This document shows, piece after piece, positions 1 through 8,556 of a DNA stretch of 64,000 bases (positions are counted from its first letter, which is position 1; each line of letters opens with the position of its first letter). The stretch comes from an uncultured Spirochaetaceae bacterium (lineage in GTDB: Bacteria > Spirochaetota > Spirochaetia > Sphaerochaetales > Sphaerochaetaceae). Under the pieces are notes generated by a model. It searched no databases, was not told the DNA's origin, and was given only the letters and a program-made list of their open reading frames with translations. The stretch spans positions 758-64,757 of the forward strand of contig CALXLI010000004.1 of the NCBI GenBank assembly GCA_944389155.1, written 5' to 3'. The position numbers were made by a program, and so were the translations under genes.

Positions 1-1052
1 TGGTGCGACTTAATAGTTGATGAAGGACCACCAGATGGGGACTTTGACTCAATCACATCTGGGTAGAGCGTACCTTGCGCAAGGAATGAAATATCCCCGC
101 ACTTTCTGGCTTCGTTATAGAATGTATCAATGAAGACCTTGCCTATTATCTTTCTCTTGGCCTCAGGCTCTGTAACACCGCGGAGCGCTGAAAGGAAATC
201 ATCAGTTGCATCTGCGTATTGCAGATTCATTGAGAAGTTCTTTCCAAAGAGATCAAGGACAGATTCAGCCTCGTTCTTCCTCAACATGCCGTTGTTCACG
301 AACACACATACAAGCTGATTGCCGATAGCTTTGTGTATCAGGACAGCAGCAACCGAGGAATCAACACCACCGGAAAGGCCACAGAGAACACGCTTATCTC
401 CTACAGTCTCCCTGATCTCCTTGATTGCATCTTCTACAAATGAGCCCATGTTCCAATCAGCTTTCGCATTGCATACATCAAGGACGAATGAACGTATCAT
501 CTTATCGCCCTCTACTGAATGGACAACCTCTGGATGGAACTGAACGCCATAGAAATGTCTTTTCGTATCCTCTACCGCAGCATATGGACAGGTTGCAGTG
601 GTTGCTGTCACATGGAATCCATCAGGAATCCTATCGACAGAATCCCCGTGGCTCATCCATATCTGCGTCTTGTCAGACACATTCGAGAAAAGAACGGAAG
701 ACTTATCAACAATGTCGATATTCTGCAGTCCGTACTCCTTCTTTTCCGGGCATGTTACATTTCCTCCAAGCATCTCAGACATGACCTGAAGGCCATAGCA
801 TATGCCGAGGATGGGAATGCCAAGCGAAAAGAGCGCACTGTCTGGACGGGGAGAACCGGGAGTCTTCACACTCGCAGGCCCGCCTGAGAAGATGATTCCC
901 TTCGGTGCTATTGCCTTTACCTCATCTGCAGTGACAGTATAAGGAACAATCTGGCTGTAAACACCGCATTCCCTCACACGCCTTGCGATAAGCTGGCTAT
1001 ATTGAGCACCAAAGTCCAATACGATTACTGAATCATGGTTCTTAATGGCCAT
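1..1052 (-). CDS. guaA: GMP synthase (glutamine-hydrolysing), N-terminal ~350 codons; the C-terminal end lies beyond the window start
   Basis: Absent from the ORF track because there is no stop inside the window. My translation of the minus strand from the ATG at 1052-1050 reads MAIKNHDSVIVLDFGAQYSQLIARRVRECGVYSQIVPY...GICYGLQVM (class I glutamine amidotransferase). Further on it reads GDKRVLCGLSGGVDSSV (ATP-pyrophosphatase P-loop, about 340-390). GGAGG lies 4 nt upstream of the ATG. Confidence 0.93.
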   Translation of the reverse strand, partial: MAIKNHDSVIVLDFGAQYSQLIARRVRECGVYSQIVPYTVTADEVKAIAPKGIIFSGGPASVKTPGSPRPDSALFSLGIPILGICYGLQVMSEMLGGNVTCPEKKEYGLQNIDIVDKSSVLFSNVSDKTQIWMSHGDSVDRIPDGFHVTATTATCPYAAVEDTKRHFYGVQFHPEVVHSVEGDKMIRSFVLDVCNAKADWNMGSFVEDAIKEIRETVGDKRVLCGLSGGVDSSVAAVLIHKAIGNQLVCVFVNNGMLRKNEAESVLDLFGKNFSMNLQYADATDDFLSALRGVTEPEAKRKIIGKVFIDTFYNEARKCGDISFLAQGTLYPDVIESKSPSGGPSSTIKSH

Positions 1053-1094
1053 AACGCCTCCTCGGTCATTGTAACAAAGATAAGCCGCCTTGGG

Positions 1095-1616
1095 CTACCA
1101 CCTGAGATTGTCCAATCCCCTATATGCCTTCCTTACAGCACTGTAAAGAACAAGACCGATTACAGCACCGACTGCACTTTGGGCTATGTTCGCAGGTACC
1201 TCCAGGACAGCTTCAGAGAAAACTGTAAGGCCAAAAGCTGTCGTAAGCAGAAGATAGCCACCTGCCACGATTATAACGGCAATCAAGGCAGCAACAATGC
1301 GCATCGCAACAGAGCTATTGCCTTTTTTGACTATCAAGCCCATAAGGAAAGCTTCCAGACCATGCACGATAAATGAAATCACAGCCCACTGCGGATAGCC
1401 TCCTATAAGATCGGCAAATGCCGCTCCCAAGCCTCCTGCGATAAGACCGGTAATCGGTCCGAATGCATATGCGACAAATGATACAGCCGCATCGCATAGC
1501 GATATATACCCTCCAATCGGGGATGGTATTCTTATAACAAGCGTGAATACTGCAACGATAGCTGTCATGATCGCTATCAGACTGATACGGAGTGCTGTTC
1601 TGTTCTTCTCTGCCAT
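1095..1616 (-). CDS. ECF transporter substrate-specific (S) component, substrate unknown
   Basis: 173-aa ORF with about 5 hydrophobic helices and a Gly/Ala-rich stretch (GGLGAAFADLIGG). It starts 3 nt after the ecfT-like gene. The call rests on context and composition; the substrate cannot be inferred. Confidence 0.7.
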   Translation of the reverse strand: MAEKNRTALRISLIAIMTAIVAVFTLVIRIPSPIGGYISLCDAAVSFVAYAFGPITGLIAGGLGAAFADLIGGYPQWAVISFIVHGLEAFLMGLIVKKGNSSVAMRIVAALIAVIIVAGGYLLLTTAFGLTVFSEAVLEVPANIAQSAVGAVIGLVLYSAVRKAYRGLDNLRW

Positions 1617-1619
1617 AAT

Positions 1620-2372
1620 CTATCCCAAAATCAACAAACTGAGGAGGATAATAGCACTTATGAGCCACTGTATTAAATAGTATTCCGGCCTTTTGAGAGC
1701 AACTCCCGCCGCTTTTTTCCTCAAGCCGAATCCCCTTTCCTCAAGAGATGATGCAGTTTCCGGAATCATGCGTATCGATGCTACAACAAGCGCTGTGATA
1801 GAAGGGAGTATAGGATAACCCCGCCTGCCCTCTTCAAGGCGAAGTGACATTGAATCCCTTATCTCTGCAAAGAGCTCCCCAAGATACGGAATGAAGCGCA
1901 GTATCATGGAAGCAGCGAGCGCGGCATTGTATGGCATATGGAATGCTCTGAGGCCTTTTATTATCATCTCATTGCGTTCTGTGAGAAGCAGAAGCATAAG
2001 CGCTCCTGATATCCCACCTAGCCTTGCTATTATCCTCAGGACGCTCTCAGCCCCTTCCCTTGTTGCAAGCACAAAACCACCAGCAGAGAAAAGGACTTCT
2101 CCGCTTCTCTCCTGAAGAGGAGCAAATAGGATGATCAGGACAAACAGAGGCAGAAGGCGTGAATAGCAATGCCATGTTTCTTTCCTTCCAACAGAGAGAA
2201 GCATGATGAGAACAGGGATAAGGAATACAAGGAGAAGCCCTGCATGTGATGAGACAATGAAGGCTATGATGGAGAATGCCAGTGTAGCTATAAGCTTCGG
2301 CCTTACATCAAAGCGATGATAGAAAGAAGTCCCATATACATAGCTGCTAACATTCATGGAGCACCCCATCAT
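1620..2372 (-). CDS. ecfT: ECF transporter transmembrane (T) component, CbiQ/EcfT family
   Basis: 250-aa polytopic membrane ORF with Arg-containing coupling-helix-like segments (RAFHMPYNAALAASMILRFIP, SMSLRLEEGRRG). It overlaps the end of the upstream ATPase gene by 26 nt. Confidence 0.8.
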   Translation of the reverse strand: MMGCSMNVSSYVYGTSFYHRFDVRPKLIATLAFSIIAFIVSSHAGLLLVFLIPVLIMLLSVGRKETWHCYSRLLPLFVLIILFAPLQERSGEVLFSAGGFVLATREGAESVLRIIARLGGISGALMLLLLTERNEMIIKGLRAFHMPYNAALAASMILRFIPYLGELFAEIRDSMSLRLEEGRRGYPILPSITALVVASIRMIPETASSLEERGFGLRKKAAGVALKRPEYYLIQWLISAIILLSLLILG

Positions 2373-3702
2373 CTATCCGCAGTTTTCTGCCTGGGAGCAT
2401 TGATGCAATCTTCATATCGTGTGTGATTGCCGCGATTCCACATCCCTTCTTTATATAAAGAGAGATTATCCTCACAAAATCGTCGTATGAAAGTGCGCTG
2501 TCAAGCTCATCGAATATAACAAAGCGCCGTGGAAGAAGATAAAACAGCGCAGCCTGCACCATCTTTGCCTTTCCATATGAAAGCTCCTGTATATATGCAC
2601 TGCCATCCAAAGAGAACAGCGAGAGGGCTTCCCTTATTGCATCATCTCCTGCCTTTGTGCTCTTCAGCTCATCAAGCACAGTCGGGAGGAAAAGCTCCTG
2701 ATATGGATTCTGCATCAGGAATGCTATGTTATGCCGTCTGTCCTTTACGGAAACAGGACTGCCATCTATTTCCACCTTGCCTTCCTTTTCCTCAATAAGC
2801 CCTGAAAGGACCCTTGAAAAGGAACTCTTGCCGCTTCCGTTCTCTCCAAGGATTGTCACGCACTCACCTTCCCTGAGCTCAAAATAAGGAACAGAAAGCG
2901 AAAACGCAGGGAGAATGCCAGAGCTTCTGTGCTTCCGTTCAATAATCAAGGATGATGCAGCAAGCCTGGAATTCCCCAACCGGAACTGCGGAAACGATAC
3001 GGCCTGGAACGGATGACCTGCATACTCTCTGCACTTTCCATCTGCGATTGTGACAATCCTGTCAAATGCTGTGCTGTATTCCCCAAGCTCATGGCTGCCG
3101 AGTGCTATTATCGTATTGCTGCTCGCGGCCACAATCCCAGCCAGCCTTCTCCTCCAAAACGGGGAAAGTTCATCGAATGACTCATCGAGAATGTACACAG
3201 AAGGATTTACCGCAAACAGCACAGAGAGCATCAACCGTCTCTTCTCCCCTCCCGAAAGCTCCGAGGTCGAGACGGTCCTGTACTTTTCAAGGCCGAACAG
3301 CGCAAGGACATCATCAATACGCTTTTCAATCTCAGCTTGTTCAAGGCCAAGGTTTTCAAGTGGAAATGAAAGCTCTTCCTCAACAGAGGAGAAAAGCATC
3401 ATCTCATCTGTGTTCTGGCTTACCCTGCCGACGATTTCCATCCGATCCTTTATATCCAAGGAAAGGATATCCTTGCCGCTTACTATGAAACGCCCTTCTA
3501 TATTCCCGTCTATATACTTCGGGATGGAACCTGTAAGTATGCGCGCAAGGGTTGTCTTACCGCTTCCCGGCGGGGAAAGGACAAGGACATGCTCCCCTTC
3601 CTCCACAGAAAGAGAAAAGGAGGAGAAAATCTCCTCCCCTGTACTGTAAGAGAAAGAAACCTCAAGCTCTTTCATAAGGCCCAGGGAGCGATGCATAAGC
3701 AT
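2347..3702 (-). CDS. Fused duplicated ECF/ABC ATPase (EcfA-EcfA' in one polypeptide)
   Basis: Two ABC cassettes in 451 aa. Cassette 1 has Walker A SPPGSGKTT, signature LSGGEKRR and Walker B YILDESFDE. Cassette 2 has Walker A GENGSGKSS, a degenerate signature LSYGKAK and Walker B VIFDELDS. An alternative start at M10 (3675) would shorten the overlap with plsC. Confidence 0.85.
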   Translation of the reverse strand: MLMHRSLGLMKELEVSFSYSTGEEIFSSFSLSVEEGEHVLVLSPPGSGKTTLARILTGSIPKYIDGNIEGRFIVSGKDILSLDIKDRMEIVGRVSQNTDEMMLFSSVEEELSFPLENLGLEQAEIEKRIDDVLALFGLEKYRTVSTSELSGGEKRRLMLSVLFAVNPSVYILDESFDELSPFWRRRLAGIVAASSNTIIALGSHELGEYSTAFDRIVTIADGKCREYAGHPFQAVSFPQFRLGNSRLAASSLIIERKHRSSGILPAFSLSVPYFELREGECVTILGENGSGKSSFSRVLSGLIEEKEGKVEIDGSPVSVKDRRHNIAFLMQNPYQELFLPTVLDELKSTKAGDDAIREALSLFSLDGSAYIQELSYGKAKMVQAALFYLLPRRFVIFDELDSALSYDDFVRIISLYIKKGCGIAAITHDMKIASMLPGRKLRIDDGVLHEC

Positions 3703-4417
3703 CTTTGACCTCTTTCTCTACAACGCTATGGACGCTTTTGATTTCCTCTTCATCCATGACAGATGTATCGATAGGAGCCATGATCTTCACATAGACATGG
3801 ACCGGACGGAGGCTATCAGCAGCCTCGAATGTCATCCTGGTATTCTTCATCGCAACAGGAACGATCTTCGCCTTTGCCCTTGTCGCCATCTTGAATGCTC
3901 CTGCTTTCATCTCAGCTATCTCCCCTGTCTTGCTACGCGTTCCCTCAGGGAAGATACCCATTGGATAGCCTTTCTTGATCTTGTCGGAACCTTCGATTAT
4001 TGATTTGAGGCTTTCACGGAGGCTTGACCTGTCAATCGCAACGCACTTGAGTGAACGCAGAAGGCCATGAAGGATAGGGATCTTGAACAGTTCCTTCTTG
4101 GCAACAAGACCGCACCACATGCCGGATGCATAGAGCACTGGGATATCGATAATGGACTGATGATTCGGAACATAGCAGACCCGCTCACCCCATGCAGGGA
4201 TATTCTCCTTTCCGCTTACATGCAGCCTTATGCCAAACCAGATGAATATCCAGGCAATGAGAAATGATAGTATGAAATGTATGGTTTTCTCACTTGCCCT
4301 CTCAGCATGCATAAGATGAAGAGCCCCTCCTGCAGCCATCGCAACAAGCGCGAGCACTATGAATACAGGAGCTATGAATATCATACCGATGATCTGCCTT
4401 GCTTTTCTCATAATCAA
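3662..4417 (-). CDS. plsC: 1-acyl-sn-glycerol-3-phosphate acyltransferase
   Basis: N-terminal TM helices, the acyltransferase motif NHQSIIDIPV (NHxxxxD) and FPEGTRS. Confidence 0.85.
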   Translation of the reverse strand: MIMRKARQIIGMIFIAPVFIVLALVAMAAGGALHLMHAERASEKTIHFILSFLIAWIFIWFGIRLHVSGKENIPAWGERVCYVPNHQSIIDIPVLYASGMWCGLVAKKELFKIPILHGLLRSLKCVAIDRSSLRESLKSIIEGSDKIKKGYPMGIFPEGTRSKTGEIAEMKAGAFKMATRAKAKIVPVAMKNTRMTFEAADSLRPVHVYVKIMAPIDTSVMDEEEIKSVHSVVEKEVKDAYASLPGPYERA

Positions 4418-6132
4418 CCCTTGATGGAATAGAGCTTTGAATATCTTCCGCCCTCAGCCATAAGGCTCTCATGCGTACCCTGCTCCTTAACCATTCCCTT
4501 CTCAATCACGAAGATTATATCTGAATCCTTTATAGTTGAAAGCCTGTGGGCGATGACAATCGATGTCCTGCCCTTTGCAAGCCTGTCGAACGCATCCTGT
4601 ATAAGCGCCTCGCTCTCAGTATCCAATGAACTTGTCGCTTCATCAAATACAAGTATCTTTGGATCCTTCAGGAACACACGGGCTATCGAAAGCCTCTGCT
4701 TCTGTCCGCCAGACAGCCTTGTACCCCGCTCGCCTACCTCTGTCTCCAATCCATCTGGAAGAGATGAGACGAAGTCATAGAGATTGGCATTCCTGAGAGC
4801 CTGCCACATCTCCTCATCTGTTGCATTGCTCTTTCCATATCTCAGATTCTCCTTGATAGTCGCATCAAAGAGGAAAACATTCTGCTGGACAAAACCGATG
4901 GAATCATGCAGCGACTTCTGCGTTACGTTGTCTATATCCTGACCATCTATGGTTATTGTCCCGCCATTCCTCTCATAGAAACGTGCAAGGAGTGCAGCTA
5001 TCGTGCTCTTTCCAGCACCTGACTCGCCAACAAGAGCAGCCTTAGATCCTCCCGGGATATGAAGATTGAGATGGTTTATGACAATCTCCCTGCCATCGCT
5101 CTCGTATGAGAATGAAACATCGTCATAATCAACATCACCTCTGCTGACAACCAAAGGTCCAGCGCCTTCCCTATCCTCGATCTGGGGCTTTATATCCATG
5201 ATATCAGCAAAGCGTTCAAATGATGCCATCCCCTGGGAAAACTGCTCCGTGAAGTTTATAAGCCTGTCAATCGGAGGCAGGACAACCGAAACATAGAGTA
5301 TGAATGTCAGAAGATCAGGAATTTCACAGCGTCCGGAATAGATAAGCAGTATTCCACCGGCTATTGTCATGAAGTAGTAGAAATCACGCATGAACGATAT
5401 GCCAGTCTGATAGCTTGCCATAGTGCTGTACATACGTTCCCTGCTCTTCTTCAGCTCTGAATTGAAGCGTCCGAACTTCTTCTTCTGGAAATTCTCCTGA
5501 GAGTAGCTCTTGACCTCCCTTATCCCCTGAATGGAGTTCTCTGCCTCAACATTGACATCAGCGATCTTCTCCCTTATGGCACGGTTCTTGGCCTTGAGCT
5601 TCTTATTGAAATGTATGCCGTATATAAGCATTATCGGCAAAGGGATTATGGAAACAAGCGAAAGCTCCCATGAAAATGAGAACATCAGAGCATATGCTGA
5701 AACTATCGTCGCTATCGATATCAAAGCATCTTCCGGTCCATGATGAGCGACTTCCGCGATATTGAAAAGGTCATTTGTTATGCGGCTCATGATAGTACCG
5801 GTCTTCGTCTTGTCAAAGTATGAGAACGAAAGATCCTGCAGATGGGAAAACAGCTCTTCCCTCATACGGTTCTCCATCCTCACTCCAAGATAATGTCCCC
5901 ATCGTATCCTTATATACGTAGCCACAGCCTGTAGCACGTAAATGGCAAGAATCAGGGAAAGCGTCTGTATTACAGTCTGTATAAGCCCCTCTGGAAGAGA
6001 TGAATAAAGTATGCTTCGGACAAGAGCTGGAGAGACTACGGAAAGCGCTGATGAGAGAAGCGCAACAACCATATCAAGGGCAAAAAGCCCTTTATAGTAC
6101 TTATAATATGAAATGAATCGTCGAAGCATCAT
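4414..6132 (-). CDS. ABC exporter, fused permease/ATPase half-transporter (MsbA/multidrug type)
   Basis: 572 aa: a six-helix N-terminal TMD, then Walker A GESGAGKST, signature LSGGQKQR and Walker B LVFDEATSSLD. There are 4-nt start/stop overlaps with both neighbours. Confidence 0.9.
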   Translation of the reverse strand: MMLRRFISYYKYYKGLFALDMVVALLSSALSVVSPALVRSILYSSLPEGLIQTVIQTLSLILAIYVLQAVATYIRIRWGHYLGVRMENRMREELFSHLQDLSFSYFDKTKTGTIMSRITNDLFNIAEVAHHGPEDALISIATIVSAYALMFSFSWELSLVSIIPLPIMLIYGIHFNKKLKAKNRAIREKIADVNVEAENSIQGIREVKSYSQENFQKKKFGRFNSELKKSRERMYSTMASYQTGISFMRDFYYFMTIAGGILLIYSGRCEIPDLLTFILYVSVVLPPIDRLINFTEQFSQGMASFERFADIMDIKPQIEDREGAGPLVVSRGDVDYDDVSFSYESDGREIVINHLNLHIPGGSKAALVGESGAGKSTIAALLARFYERNGGTITIDGQDIDNVTQKSLHDSIGFVQQNVFLFDATIKENLRYGKSNATDEEMWQALRNANLYDFVSSLPDGLETEVGERGTRLSGGQKQRLSIARVFLKDPKILVFDEATSSLDTESEALIQDAFDRLAKGRTSIVIAHRLSTIKDSDIIFVIEKGMVKEQGTHESLMAEGGRYSKLYSIKG

Positions 6133-7643
6133 CTTCCTCTGAGCTTATCGAGAATGCGTGAGAATATCCCCTTCTTCACAACCTTGACTTCCTTAGGCTG
6201 CATGCTGCTCTTTTCTGTTCTCTTCGGGCTCTGCGCAGGCTTCTGCTGTGGTTTCTTCTGAATAGGAGCTTTCTTCCTATCCGCAGAAGATACACCGCCA
6301 TATTCCTTCTTGTAATAAGCCATACGCTCCTCTAGAGACATTTTGGAGAGCTTGTCATAATCCTCGCCTTTGCGTACAGGTGCACTCTCCCCTTTCCTGA
6401 CAGCGCTCTTGCGGGCATTCTTCTGAGGCTTCTTCGAATCCTTGTGCACAGTGTGGGAAGATGGCCGGCGGGACGGAGACTTATACTTGAAGCCAGCACT
6501 CTTATCCTCAACGCTGACAAGCCCCGCCTCATCTGGCCATAGCACAGGGATCTTCATCTGTATATAGCGCTCAATAGGCTCGAGGCCGTAGATATACTCC
6601 TCACATGCGAGCGTTATTGCCTTTCCTGACTTTCCGGCCCTTGCAGTTCTCCCAATGCGGTGAACATAGCTTTCAAAATCCTCCGGGATATCATAATTGA
6701 CAACAAGCTCAAGATCATCGATCTGCAGTCCCCTTGCTGCAACATCAGTTGCGACAAGCATCGGAAGCTTACCCTCTTTCATGCGGTCAATTGTCTTCAG
6801 GCGCTTTGACTGTGGCATATCTCCCATAAGATACTCAGCCTTATACCCATTCATCTGCAGTCTTTTCGCAACCTCTACGGCTTTATCCTTCGTGTTTGTG
6901 AATATAAGGCAGGAAACCGGATTTATCTTACTCAGTATTGAAAGGAGAAGGCCGAACTTCTCATCCTTCGAAACATGGAAAAGCTCCTGGGTTATGTTCT
7001 TGACCGTGATCTCCTCAGGCTGGACGGTGATTTCCTCTGCATCGTTCATATACTTCCAGGCAAGATTTCTCACCCTTGTCGAGAGAGTTGCTGAAAAGAG
7101 CATAGTCTGTCTTTCCTTCGGGCTTACCATACGGGAGAACATCGTCTGGATATCTGGATAGAACCCCATATCGAACATACGGTCAGCTTCATCAAGCACA
7201 ACTGTATCGAAACAGCGGAAATCTATCTTGCTGGATTTCGCAAAATCAAGAAGGCGTCCAGGTGTGCCTACATAGAGATTAAGCCCGGACTTAAGCTCCT
7301 CCATCTGCTCCTTGTATCCAACACCGCCGTAAAAGCAGCCTATGCGGAAATCCGGATAACCAGAAGCAAGGATCCTGGCATCTTCTTCAATCTGCACGGC
7401 AAGCTCTCTGGTCGGAGATACTATAAGCGCAGCAGATGAGCTGTTCAAAGCATATTTCTCAAGTATGGTGATCAGGAATACCGCAGTCTTTCCGCTTCCA
7501 GTCTTGGACTGTACCATTACATCACGGCCCTCAAGCGTAAGAGGCAATACCCTCTCCTGCACATCAGTGCATTCTGTGTAACCGGCTTTGCTTATCCCGG
7601 CAAGAACCTCTTCAGACAGAGGCAGTTCAGTGAATTTCCTCAA
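6129..7643 (-). CDS. DEAD-box ATP-dependent RNA helicase with a basic C-terminal tail
   Basis: Q-motif region, motif I SKTGSGKT, motif II VLDEADRM, motif III SAT and motif VI HRIGRTARAG. The C-terminal ~110 aa are Lys/Arg/Pro-rich. Confidence 0.92.
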   Translation of the reverse strand: MRKFTELPLSEEVLAGISKAGYTECTDVQERVLPLTLEGRDVMVQSKTGSGKTAVFLITILEKYALNSSSAALIVSPTRELAVQIEEDARILASGYPDFRIGCFYGGVGYKEQMEELKSGLNLYVGTPGRLLDFAKSSKIDFRCFDTVVLDEADRMFDMGFYPDIQTMFSRMVSPKERQTMLFSATLSTRVRNLAWKYMNDAEEITVQPEEITVKNITQELFHVSKDEKFGLLLSILSKINPVSCLIFTNTKDKAVEVAKRLQMNGYKAEYLMGDMPQSKRLKTIDRMKEGKLPMLVATDVAARGLQIDDLELVVNYDIPEDFESYVHRIGRTARAGKSGKAITLACEEYIYGLEPIERYIQMKIPVLWPDEAGLVSVEDKSAGFKYKSPSRRPSSHTVHKDSKKPQKNARKSAVRKGESAPVRKGEDYDKLSKMSLEERMAYYKKEYGGVSSADRKKAPIQKKPQQKPAQSPKRTEKSSMQPKEVKVVKKGIFSRILDKLRGR

Positions 7644-7728
7644 TTTATTCCACCCGTAAAAAAGGATAAATGCAAATCTACATGACTACTCTATAAAAGT
7701 ACATGCCTTTTTGCAAGATTGCACCTCT

Positions 7729-8541
7729 CTACTCCCAAGCCCTGACCATATCCTTGATTTTCCTGATGATAGGCCATTGCTTCCTATCCATATCGATTCC
7801 ATCCACCTTTCTGACAGGAAGCGCTGCCATTGATGTGGATGATATGAAAAGCGAATCATATGAAGAGAGGGAAGATGCAAGAGGCGGCGTGTAGATAACC
7901 TCAAGCCCTAGTTCCTCTGCTGCCTTCAATACGCTTATGCGCGTTACGCCTGAAAGCACGCTCTCGTCCCCTGCTGTATAGAGCTTGCTGCCGCTGAGCG
8001 CATAGAAATTGCTCCGTGTTCCTTCAAGGACTTCCCCTTTCCTGTTTACAAGAAGAGCTTCGAAGGCTCCTTTCTTCCTAGCCTCCTCTAGCGCAATGTA
8101 CTGCATGAGAAGATTGGATGTCTTTGCCTGCGGCATGAATCTCTCACCTTCATAGAGTGTCACATCTATTCCATCAGTGTAATAGCTATCTGGATAGGAA
8201 AGAAGATCTGCGTATGTTATGAAGAGAAGCGGTGATGGACCACCGACTATGAATATACGGGCAGTTGCATCCTTGATGCTATCCTTTTCGATAAGGCGTT
8301 CAAGCGAGCTCTGGATATCATCATCCGAAAAGCCATGTACAAGGGAAATATCACGGCAAGACGCGGCAAGACGCCTGAGGTGGTCATCAAGGTGAACGAC
8401 ATGGCCGTTTATTATGCGCAGCGCCTCATAGACTGAGAATGAGTACTGTACCTCTCTTGATACAACAGGGAGGACTGCTTCATCCTCCCTGATTATTTCT
8501 GTATTCCTAATTGCACTTCTCATGCCTTTGATTATAGGCAA
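7729..8541 (-). CDS. PLP-dependent aminotransferase class IV (branched-chain/D-amino-acid aminotransferase or ADC-lyase type)
   Basis: 270 aa. Fold-type IV hallmarks: PQAKTSNLL (catalytic Lys context) and EGTRSNFY. The exact specificity cannot be inferred. Confidence 0.78.
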   Translation of the reverse strand: MPIIKGMRSAIRNTEIIREDEAVLPVVSREVQYSFSVYEALRIINGHVVHLDDHLRRLAASCRDISLVHGFSDDDIQSSLERLIEKDSIKDATARIFIVGGPSPLLFITYADLLSYPDSYYTDGIDVTLYEGERFMPQAKTSNLLMQYIALEEARKKGAFEALLVNRKGEVLEGTRSNFYALSGSKLYTAGDESVLSGVTRISVLKAAEELGLEVIYTPPLASSLSSYDSLFISSTSMAALPVRKVDGIDMDRKQWPIIRKIKDMVRAWE

Positions 8542-8556
8542 AAGAGCAATCAGAGA

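Noticed and set aside
3050-3649. A 199-aa plus-strand ORF (and the overlapping 140-aa ORF) opposite the ECF ATPase gene.
   Set aside because: Ser/Pro/Leu-rich with no motif. It lies fully antisense to a gene with clear Walker and signature motifs, so it is a typical shadow ORF.
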